Assembly: GCA_000166095.1 (NCBI GenBank)
Contig: CP002278.1
Span: forward strand, 1,050,001-1,082,000
Length of the DNA stretch: 32,000 nt
Origin: Methanothermus fervidus DSM 2088
GTDB lineage: Archaea; Methanobacteriota; Methanobacteria; DSM-2088; Methanothermaceae
Direction of reading: 5' to 3'
Made by a program: the position numbers and the translations under genes. The stretch's first letter is position 1. Every line of letters starts with the position of its first letter. This document shows positions 23,640-30,858 of this stretch, piece after piece. The notes below the pieces were generated by a model. That model was not told where the DNA came from, did no database searches, and was given only the letters and a program-made list of their open reading frames with translations.

Positions 23640-24515
23640 CGAGGAAAATAATGCTGAAACTATAGCCAAATACAAAATTATGGAAACTACAGCCAGCCTG
23701 ACAGCCTTATCTATCGAATTTTCATTTAACTTCCCGTCGTCTCCTAAAACATAATGGTCTGGCTTTTCTAATTTTGCTTGTAATGCACCAGCAGTGGCCG
23801 CCATTGGATAACCTGCATTTGGACTGTCAGGGACCTTAGAATCTCTTAACATTATTTTAAAGCTATTTCTCCAATCCATATTTAAAAGTAGTGAAGCAAA
23901 GACTATTAACATTCCAGTGATCCGTGCAGGTATAAAATTAAGTATATCATCTAATTTCGCTGGGAACCATCCAATTTCTCTATACTCTTTATTCTTATAT
24001 CCAATCATTGCATCAAGTGTATTCACAACCCTATAAAATACTGCACCATATATCCCAAAAAACAATGCATAAAAAATCGGAGACACTACAGAATCCACAA
24101 TATTTTCACTTAAACTCTCTATGGCCGCTGAAATAATCTGTGTCCTTGATAATTCACTTGTATCTCTACTTACAATTTCAGATACTTTTTTGCGTGCAGA
24201 TTCTATATCATCCAACCTCTTTTTCACTTCTAATGGATATTTAATAAGTAATTTTATTGAAAACGTAGAAGATAAAATTATTGAATAAAGAATTATTTGT
24301 AAAAACATTGGAAGAAAAGCTATGAAATAAAGTGGAATTATATAAAGTATAGAAGTGAGGAAAGTGATTATAACACCTGAAATTTTCTTATTTGGTAATC
24401 TTACATATAAGAAATCTATAGTTTTACCAATCCAAACAACAGGATGAATTCTAGTTGGAAGTTCTCCAATTAAATCCAATATTATCGCAAAAAATAAAAT
24501 AATTAAAAAATTCAT
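23619..24515 (-). CDS. cbiB: Adenosylcobinamide-phosphate synthase
   Basis: LDLIGELPTRIHPVVWIGKTID, VSPIFYALFFGIYGAVFYRVVNTLDAMIGYKNKEYREIGWFPAKLDDILNFIPARITG, PDSPNAGYPMAATAGALQAKLEK. Confidence 0.95.
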   Translation of the reverse strand: MNFLIILFFAIILDLIGELPTRIHPVVWIGKTIDFLYVRLPNKKISGVIITFLTSILYIIPLYFIAFLPMFLQIILYSIILSSTFSIKLLIKYPLEVKKRLDDIESARKKVSEIVSRDTSELSRTQIISAAIESLSENIVDSVVSPIFYALFFGIYGAVFYRVVNTLDAMIGYKNKEYREIGWFPAKLDDILNFIPARITGMLIVFASLLLNMDWRNSFKIMLRDSKVPDSPNAGYPMAATAGALQAKLEKPDHYVLGDDGKLNENSIDKAVRLAVVSIILYLAIVSALFSSLITYKL

Positions 24516-25060
24516 TGTTGGTGCCTTTTCTTTTCTAAATAAAGCTCAAGGTATGATCTTCTCTCAAAATTATTCTTTATATTTAATTTTTTACAAATTT
24601 TAAAGGCATGGTCCACATATTCTTTAATTTTATTTTTATTTTTTACATTCTTCTCAACTTCAATAAATTTACCAACTTTATATACATCATCAAGACAAAT
24701 CTCAAAATCTTTAAACTTGTAAACTTTTCTTTTTTTCTTTATTGTTGCTACTGCTTTGTAACCAAGGAATTTAAGTATTTCAACCATATTTTTTAAATTT
24801 TCTATACCAACTTCAACCTCTTCTCTAGTTTTACTAATTTTATCTATTTTTGGACCTTTATATGTTAAAATTATTTTAGTTTTTTCATTTTCGATCTTTC
24901 TAATTCTCAATGCTTCATCAGTCTTTGAAAAGTCTCTGTCTGGAGCATTGAAATAAATATCTTCTTGATATATTTCCTCAATTTTTTCTGCTCCTAATTT
25001 TTTTAACCTGTCTTCAATTTCTTTTAAATTATTAACATGGGCTTTCACTTCGACTTCCAT
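24512..25060 (-). CDS. CYTH-domain protein (CyaB-like class IV adenylyl cyclase/thiamine-triphosphatase fold)
   Basis: MEVEVKAHVNNLKEIEDRL, DRDFSKTDEALRIRKIENEKTKIILTYKGPK, FEICLDDVYKVGKFIEVEK, RRSYLELYLEK. Overlaps the cbiB start by 4 nt. Confidence 0.88.
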   Translation of the reverse strand: MEVEVKAHVNNLKEIEDRLKKLGAEKIEEIYQEDIYFNAPDRDFSKTDEALRIRKIENEKTKIILTYKGPKIDKISKTREEVEVGIENLKNMVEILKFLGYKAVATIKKKRKVYKFKDFEICLDDVYKVGKFIEVEKNVKNKNKIKEYVDHAFKICKKLNIKNNFERRSYLELYLEKKRHQQ

Positions 25061-25073
25061 GAGCTACTCCTCA

Positions 25074-25102
25074 ATTTCCATACTATTTAGTCTATTTAAA
25101 AC
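25074..25102 (-). repeat. Single CRISPR-like short repeat, minus orientation, immediately upstream of the CYTH gene SD
   Basis: Reverse complement is GTTTTAAATAGACTAAATAGTATGGAAAT, one nucleotide shorter than but otherwise identical to the repeat at 30765-30794. Confidence 0.8.
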
Positions 25103-25137
25103 ATGCATGAGACGAATAATTTTCATTTTTTATTTTA

Positions 25138-25340
25138 ATATATATAGTTTTTTCTAAGTATTATTGCGTTGGAGAGAGAAAATCAATTTCAATAAGAAGA
25201 GAGGGAGGTAAATTTCAAGTGTAATAGCTAGAGAGAATTAGGGAGAGATAGTTATAAGTTATAACTTATAAGTTATAAGTGAAATAGAGATAGACTTATC
25301 AAGCAAGATATTCTAAGAATAGACTAAATAGTATGGAAAT
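25138..25340 (+). repeat. Leader-like long repeat, copy B, ending in a single short repeat (25311-25340)
   Basis: TATATAGTTTTTTCTAAGTATTATTGCGTTGGAGA shared with 30426-30460; AATCAATTTCAATAAGAAGAG...TTATAAGTGAAATAGAGATAGACTTAT shared with about 30585-30701; ends TTCTAAGAATAGACTAAATAGTATGGAAAT (26/30 to the 30765 repeat). Confidence 0.9.
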
Positions 25341-25359
25341 AGAAAAAAGGTGATAGTTT

Positions 25360-25605
25360 ATGCCTAAAGCAACGTTAGCTACAGGAATTATAGCAATAGG
25401 TGCTGGTCTAGCAATAGGTTTTGCAGGTTTAGGAGCTGGAGTAGGACAGGGAGTAGTTGGATCATCCTCAGTTGGAGCAATAGTTGAAGATCCTGGATCA
25501 TTTGGTAAAAGCCTCCTATTTACAGCTCTACCAGAAACTCACACAATCTTTGGATTCATTATTGCTATAATGTTGATAATGTTTTCAGGAATGATGGGCG
25601 GATAA
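25360..25605 (+). CDS. atpK: A-type ATP synthase subunit K (proteolipid)
   Basis: GIIAIGAGLAIGFAGLGAGVGQGVVGSSSVGAIVEDPGSFGKSLLFTALPETHTIFGFIIAIMLIMFSG: two-helix c-ring hairpin. Confidence 0.88.
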   Translation: MPKATLATGIIAIGAGLAIGFAGLGAGVGQGVVGSSSVGAIVEDPGSFGKSLLFTALPETHTIFGFIIAIMLIMFSGMMGG

Positions 25606-25740
25606 GCTACTCCTATTTTGAGCCACTCCCTACGGAGCTTCCTGATTCATAGAGAAAACTTGCCCAAAGACTATATCCCTATAGGAGATAGTCCTGAGTA
25701 GAGGTTTTCTCTCAGGTAGGCTATCTAGGGCTATCTTTTC
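25603..25740. repeat. Dispersed repeat family E, copy 2
   Basis: CATAGAGAAAACTTGCCCAAAGACTAT (25648-25674) and TTTTCTCTCAG (25705-25715) match 30212-30238 and 30242-30252. Confidence 0.7.
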
Positions 25741-25793
25741 CCTGACATCCAAACTTTTTGGGCTAAATTATTATATAAACAAAAATAAAAGCG

Positions 25794-26582
25794 GTGAGAA
25801 CTATGATCTATTATATTATCTATTTTATTACCGGTCTTCTAGCAGGAGTTGTAGGTGGACTTTTGGGCACAGGTGGTTGTGTCATAATGATGCCAGTAAT
25901 TCGTTTTGGTTTCCATTTTGATCCGGCTATTGCGGTAGGAACAACTTTAACTGCTGTGGTTTTTACTGCCGGTTTCGGTGCCTTTCAACATATCAAAATG
26001 AAAAATGTTGATAAAGAAACTGCGCTTTTAACCGGTTATTCAGGAATTTTAGGAGTAATTATCGGCTCAATTATTTTTGGCTACATCAAAAATCATGGTA
26101 ACCTGATTGATTTGATTGTTGGTATCGCTTTCATTGTTGTTTCTTTACGAATGCTTTATGAGGGATTATTCGCCAAAATTAAGCAAGTTGAACAAGTGCA
26201 AAAAATTCCAGGGACGCCTCTCTCTAAAACGATTATAGGTTCAGTTATTGGCACTTTAACTGGTATTATTGGTTTAGGAGGAGGCTATGCTCTTGTCCCA
26301 TCGTATACTTTATTCTTGAGATCTCCGATAAAGTTGGCTATCGGTACTTCTATGGCTGCTTTTGTCTGGATAGCTTTGGTTGGTGCCATCTACAAAATAT
26401 TCCAGGGAGTTGTCAATATTCCAGCAGCGATTGCTTTGGGCATTGGTGCAGCGATTGGGGCGATTTATGGAGCAAAATTAGTAGCGAAATTTAAATCCAA
26501 TGTCTTAAAAATCTTGTTTGGTCTTTTATTTACCTATGTCTCTTTGAAATATATATTAATTTACTTTGGCATCGTTATTTAA
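25794..26582 (+). CDS. TauE/SafE family sulfite exporter-like permease
   Basis: FITGLLAGVVGGLLGTGGCVIMMPVI, AVGTTLTAVVFTAGFGAFQH, GTLTGIIGLGGGYALVPSYTL, AIGTSMAAF; multiple TM; codon usage richer in G/C than flanks. Confidence 0.85.
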   Translation: MRTMIYYIIYFITGLLAGVVGGLLGTGGCVIMMPVIRFGFHFDPAIAVGTTLTAVVFTAGFGAFQHIKMKNVDKETALLTGYSGILGVIIGSIIFGYIKNHGNLIDLIVGIAFIVVSLRMLYEGLFAKIKQVEQVQKIPGTPLSKTIIGSVIGTLTGIIGLGGGYALVPSYTLFLRSPIKLAIGTSMAAFVWIALVGAIYKIFQGVVNIPAAIALGIGAAIGAIYGAKLVAKFKSNVLKILFGLLFTYVSLKYILIYFGIVI

Positions 26583-26703
26583 CCACTACAGAGATAAATA
26601 AAGTGAATAGGATGCGACTCTAGGAATAAAACTTTGTAGGAACCGAGATGTTAAGAGGTAACTAATCCACAAATGAGTAAAAAATTGAAAGTGAGGGCAT
26701 GAT

Positions 26704-26853
26704 GGTGAAATCAGATTCAAAGACCTCTTCTGTCCTTCATTTATTTTTACCATTATTCAAGCCGGACTTACAACCTCTAGCGGTCCTGCAATGGTTTCAT
26801 ATATTAAAGATCTGTGTGTAAAACAGAACAAATGGCTTGATAAAAAACATTAA
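26704..26853 (+). pseudogene. Remnant of a chromate transporter (ChrA-like) N-terminus
   Basis: Translation GEIRFKDLFCPSFIFTIIQAGLTTSSGPAMVSYIKDLCVKQNKWLDKKH* resembles the ChrA N-terminal half pattern (kiGLtsFGGPamvayi...vVe...WLd), then stops. Confidence 0.45.
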
Positions 26854-26871
26854 AGAGGATTAAAATTGAAC

Positions 26872-26978
26872 AAGAGTAAAAGAAGAGTTGTGTATATTTT
26901 TAAAACAAATGCTAGTTTTGTTCATCTATATAAATACTTTTCTTATTTCTTAATCCCCGATAGAGTGGAAATCTGTTT
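26872..26978 (+). repeat. Long-repeat block 2, copy D, in front of the KaiC-like gene
   Basis: CATCTATATAAATACTTTTCTTATTTCTTAATCCCCGATAGAGTGGAAATCTGTTT (26923-26978) is identical over 56 bp to 30521-30576; upstream part similar. Confidence 0.92.
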
Positions 26979-27016
26979 AATTCTGAAAAAATATTAAAAT
27001 AAAAAAATTTATTAGT

Positions 27017-27772
27017 ATGGGTAGACAAAACATGAAAAACATGAAAAAAGTAAAAACCGGAATTCCTGGAATGGATGATATATTACATGGAGGAATACCT
27101 GAAAGAAATATAGTTTTGTTGTCTGGTGGTCCAGGCACTGGAAAAACAATATTTTGTCAGCAATTTCTATATAAAGGTGTTAAAGAGTATAATGAGCCAG
27201 GAATTTTAGTAGCATTAGAAGAGCATCCTGTACAAATCAGGGAAAATATGAAACAATTTGGGTGGGATGTTAGAGAACTTGAAGAAGAAGAAGAAAAATT
27301 TGTCATAGTTGATGCATTTACATCTGGAATAGGACGTGCTGCAAAAAGAGAAAAATATATAGTAAAGGATCCAAACGATGAAAGAGAATTAATCGATGTT
27401 TTAAGAACTGCTATAAATGATATTGGAGCTAAAAGAGTAGGAATTGATTCCGTAACTACCCTCTACATAAATAAACCAATGATGGCCAGAAAAACAGTGT
27501 TTCTATTAAAGAGAGTCATTTCCGGTTTAGGATGCACTGCTATTTTTACATCTCAAATTTCTGTTGGAGAGAGAGGATTTGGAGGCCCTGGAGTTGAGCA
27601 TGCTGTTGATGGAATTATAAGGTTAGATTTAGATGAAATAAAAGGAGAATTAAAAAGAAGTTTGATCGTTTGGAAAATGAGAGGAACCAATCATTCTTTA
27701 AAAAGACGTCCATTTGATATAACTGATAAAGGAATTTATGTACACTCAGATAAAGTATTAAAAATTAGATGA
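27017..27772 (+). CDS. KaiC-like RecA-superfamily ATPase
   Basis: [41 protein letters not shown] (Walker A), [36 protein letters not shown]. Confidence 0.92.
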   Translation: MGRQNMKNMKKVKTGIPGMDDILHGGIPERNIVLLSGGPGTGKTIFCQQFLYKGVKEYNEPGILVALEEHPVQIRENMKQFGWDVRELEEEEEKFVIVDAFTSGIGRAAKREKYIVKDPNDERELIDVLRTAINDIGAKRVGIDSVTTLYINKPMMARKTVFLLKRVISGLGCTAIFTSQISVGERGFGGPGVEHAVDGIIRLDLDEIKGELKRSLIVWKMRGTNHSLKRRPFDITDKGIYVHSDKVLKIR

Positions 27773-27775
27773 AAG

Positions 27776-28276
27776 GTGTTAGTTATGATTCCATTAGTGC
27801 CTACATCAAAAACTGAAATAAATAAGTTAGAACATGTTTTAGTGTTAGGAACATTGTTTAGACCCGAAATTTTGAAATTAATAAAGGATCCTAGAGAAAG
27901 AATTACCTGGGTTGAATCTTTAGCTGTTGCTTCAGGGAGCATAGCAAGAGAAAAAGCAGGGTACACTGTAAGGGAAATAGCGGAAGAATTAGGAAGAACA
28001 GAACAAACAATTAGAAAACATGTGAAGGGTGAAACAAAGGCTGGAAAATTAGTCAGAGAAACCTATAATATGATAAAAGAAGGAAAACTAGACATGTCAG
28101 AGTTGGAAGATTTTTTAGAAACTACTGTTAGAAAAGAAGAATTAGAATCAAAATTATCAAAAGTTAAAGAATTAGATAAAAAATTAGAGAAACTTAAAAA
28201 AGAAAATGAAAAACTCAACACAAAACTAGAAAAAGTCAGGGAAAAATTGGAAGAAATATTAGAGGACATAAAATAA
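27776..28276 (+). CDS. HTH protein with C-terminal coiled coil, partner of the KaiC-like ATPase
   Basis: KAGYTVREIAEELGRTEQTIRKHVKGETKAGKLVRETY (HTH), then a heptad-rich KELDKKLEKLKKENEKLNTKLEKVREKLEEIL tail; starts 4 nt after the ATPase. Confidence 0.7.
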   Translation: MLVMIPLVPTSKTEINKLEHVLVLGTLFRPEILKLIKDPRERITWVESLAVASGSIAREKAGYTVREIAEELGRTEQTIRKHVKGETKAGKLVRETYNMIKEGKLDMSELEDFLETTVRKEELESKLSKVKELDKKLEKLKKENEKLNTKLEKVREKLEEILEDIK

Positions 28277-28278
28277 TA

Positions 28279-28758
28279 TTATACGTACATTCTGTCACTT
28301 TCTTTACCTTTTTCAATATCTTCACCACATTCTTTATGTATTTTCCACAAAACATGGAGTTTTGCCTTAAACACCCTCTTTATGGTGGACATCAATTTGT
28401 CTTTACTTAAACCATCTTTATATATTACGTCTCTAACAACATAACCCTGCAATACATCGTCATTTTCCTGAATTTCAAAATCAACAAGAAATTTATTCAA
28501 TGAAAATTTTATATCCCACATAAATTCCCTACGTTCTTTCCTGTTTAAATCTCTAAGTTTTTGCACATGTTCTGGACTAACTTTCGTAGCACATCCAACA
28601 ATAATCACATCTGATTTTCCAAGAGGTTGTATGACATCCATGTAATGTCCTGGGGGACATTCAATTAAAAAATGAAAATTTGCCGATTTATCACTCATTT
28701 CTTCCTTATACATATCTTCCTCTAATAACCATTCTCTAATTTTTTCCTTGATTTCCAT
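28279..28758 (-). CDS. Conserved archaeal hypothetical protein (possibly DUF2299-like)
   Basis: 159-aa ORF; NFHFLIECPPGHYMDVIQPLGKSDVIIVGCATKVSPEHVQKL; soluble. Family name from memory only. Confidence 0.6.
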   Translation of the reverse strand: MEIKEKIREWLLEEDMYKEEMSDKSANFHFLIECPPGHYMDVIQPLGKSDVIIVGCATKVSPEHVQKLRDLNRKERREFMWDIKFSLNKFLVDFEIQENDDVLQGYVVRDVIYKDGLSKDKLMSTIKRVFKAKLHVLWKIHKECGEDIEKGKESDRMYV

Positions 28759-28772
28759 ATTTTTTACACACC

Positions 28773-29576
28773 CTATGTTTTATATACTTTCAAAACAAAA
28801 TCACATACCTGATTTTCAAAATATGGTGGATCTAGTAGAATTGATTTTTTTATTTTCACAATATAAACATTGTCATCTGGTATTGAATTTAAATTTAACC
28901 AGATTACTTGCTTTTCACTTTTTACCATTGATTTTATTCTATCGTTTAAATTATAAAATTTTTCTGAATTGAAATCATTATTAGGATTTTCCACAGTATT
29001 TAAATTCCACAAAATATTACTTGCATTTGATATTAAAAAATAATTGTATTGATTAAGTTCAGAAGTAGTGACAGAAAAATGTTTTGAAATTTTTGATGGA
29101 ATAGGGCCTACTTCAGAATCTGTTTTGTTTGCATCAATCTTTATCACAACACAATCTGCAAAAAAATCACACACTACGGTTCTATTTACAACCACAACTT
29201 CTTGAGAAGAAATAGGTGGATCCTCCTTAATTACAATTTTTCCTCCATTTTTTGGATAAAGTATTAAGCTTGTGGTCGTATTTGGCAATATTTTTCCAAT
29301 TAATTCATCATAATTTTCTTTTAATTTTAAAATTTTCTTAAAAGATAAGACATTCCCACTATTTTCTTTTTTTAATCCAAGTATTACATCGCTTGAATTC
29401 CAAGTCCCATAGGTATTTACGAGAATGTCTACTGCTCCTCTTACTTGTCTCTCTAAATTAAATCTATAATATTGATCACTTGTGTTTTTTATTAAATTAT
29501 CAACTGTATTTACAGAAATTCCAAAAATAATTACGATAACTATAAGAGAAAGAAGTAAATCTGTGGATAATATCAT
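28773..29576 (-). CDS. Hypothetical protein with a single N-terminal TM, pilin/surface-like
   Basis: MILSTDLLLSLIVIVIIFGISVNTV followed by a 240-aa extracellular-type domain; packed between neighbours. Confidence 0.6.
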   Translation of the reverse strand: MILSTDLLLSLIVIVIIFGISVNTVDNLIKNTSDQYYRFNLERQVRGAVDILVNTYGTWNSSDVILGLKKENSGNVLSFKKILKLKENYDELIGKILPNTTTSLILYPKNGGKIVIKEDPPISSQEVVVVNRTVVCDFFADCVVIKIDANKTDSEVGPIPSKISKHFSVTTSELNQYNYFLISNASNILWNLNTVENPNNDFNSEKFYNLNDRIKSMVKSEKQVIWLNLNSIPDDNVYIVKIKKSILLDPPYFENQVCDFVLKVYKT

Positions 29577-29578
29577 TT

Positions 29579-30183
29579 TTAACCCCTATTTTTAGCTATA
29601 ATATAAATTATAACTATTACGATACCTATTGCAACAATATAATCAAGTTTATGAAATATTTCAACCACCGATTTCCAATGTGGACCTAATGAATAACCTA
29701 CATATGCTAACATATAACACCATGGTATAGAACCTATGAAAGTATAAATACTAAATTTTTTTAGATCCATTTTGGCTGTACCTGCAGGTAATGAAATAAA
29801 TGTTCTTACAATTGGCATTACTCTACTTATAAATACAGCCTCATGTCCATATCTTTTAAACCATTTATCAGCCATTTCAAGTTTTTTCTTTGTAATAAAA
29901 ATATATTTACCATATTTTTCCAAAAATGGTCTTCCACCTTTTATCCCAACAAAATATGCAATCCACGACCCAACTAAATTTCCTAAAGCTCCAGCCATAA
30001 CTACAAGATATAAATTCAAATTTCCTTTCCAGGCAACATAACCGCTAAAAGGCATTATAATTTCACTAGGTAGGGGAATACATGCGCTTTCAAGTACCAT
30101 AGTGAAAAAAATGCCAATATATCCTGTTGATTCTATCAGCGAGATTATAAAGTTAGCGATTGTTTCAACAATGCCTGCCATTT
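29579..30183 (-). CDS. DedA family (SNARE-associated Golgi-like) membrane protein
   Basis: YIGIFFTMVLESACIPLPSEIIMPFSGYVAWKG, GALGNLVGSWIAYFVGIKGGRPFLEKYGKY, VFISRVMPIVRTFISLPAGTAKM. The GGGGTGAAGAA SD supports the start at 30183; the ORF track start at 30295 runs into repeat family E. Confidence 0.92.
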
Positions 30184-30197
30184 CTTCACCCCAATTT

Positions 30198-30260
30198 TTT
30201 GAGCTACTCCTCATAGAAAAAACTTGCCCAAAAACTATCAGTTTTCTCTCAGACATGCGA
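30198..30260. repeat. Dispersed repeat family E, copy 3
   Basis: TTTGAGCTACTCCTCATAGA and AACTTGCCCAAAAACTAT...TTTTCTCTCAG shared with copies near 18.45 and 25.65 kb. Confidence 0.7.
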
Positions 30261-30423
30261 TGGGGATTGTCTCGTCCCCTTTTTAGGATCTGCATGCCGA
30301 TATATAATCTCTTAACTTATTTTTTAATCCTTTTAATGCTCCCAGGTTTAACCTTCTCAACTACCTATCAGTTTTTTTCAGCTTGTAGAAGTCATCTTGT
30401 ATGAAAAAAGTAGCATAAGGAAG

Positions 30424-30764
30424 TATATATAGTTTTTTCTAAGTGTTATTGCGTTGGAGAAAGAAAGAGTAAAGAAGAATTTGTGTATATTTTTTTAGAA
30501 CAAGTTCTATTTTTGTACTTCATCTATATAAATACTTTTCTTATTTCTTAATCCCCGATAGAGTGGAAATCTGTTTTTTACAAAATCAATTTCAATAAGA
30601 AGAGAGAGAGGTAAATTTCAAGTGTAATAGCTAGAGAGAATTGAGAGAGGTAGTTATAAGTTATAACTTATAAGTTATAAGTGAAATAGAGATAGACTTA
30701 TTAAGTATGTTAAGACAAAACATTTTTATACTGTATCCTGCCTAAAAACAAAATAATCAGTTCG
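30424..30764 (+). repeat. Full modular long repeat (leader-like), copy C, upstream of the mini CRISPR-like array
   Basis: Block 1 (30424-30460), block 2 (about 30465-30576) and block 3 (about 30582-30700) are each shared with copies A, B or D. Confidence 0.9.
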
Positions 30765-30858
30765 GTTTTAAAATAGACTAAATAGTATGGAAATACGAAA
30801 TATTTACAACCATGTGCAAATGAAGCTGGTTTTAAGATAGACTAAATGGTATGGAAAT
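30765..30858 (+). CRISPR. Minimal CRISPR-like array: two 30-nt repeats, one 34-nt spacer
   Basis: Repeat 1 GTTTTAAAATAGACTAAATAGTATGGAAAT (30765-30794); spacer ACGAAATATTTACAACCATGTGCAAATGAAGCTG (30795-30828); repeat 2 GTTTTAAGATAGACTAAATGGTATGGAAAT (30829-30858), 28/30 identical. Confidence 0.7.

Noticed and set aside
25603-25790. Possible tRNA gene or small structured RNA in the GC-richer intergenic sequence
   Set aside because: No cloverleaf with a recognisable T-loop or anticodon arm; the sequence is explained by repeat family E.
30262-30284. GGGGA-N8-TCCCC hairpin followed by TTTTT as a dedicated terminator
   Set aside because: Only a 5-bp stem in repeat sequence; archaeal termination rarely needs such structures, so left unassigned.
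30183-30295. N-terminal extension of the DedA ORF (MQILKRGRDNPHRMSERK...)
   Set aside because: Encoded by dispersed repeat sequence; a good SD (GGGGTGA) and family-typical start point to initiation at 30183.
30102-30404. 100-aa plus-strand ORF
   Set aside because: Antisense to the DedA start and runs through repeat family E; no SD and no domain.
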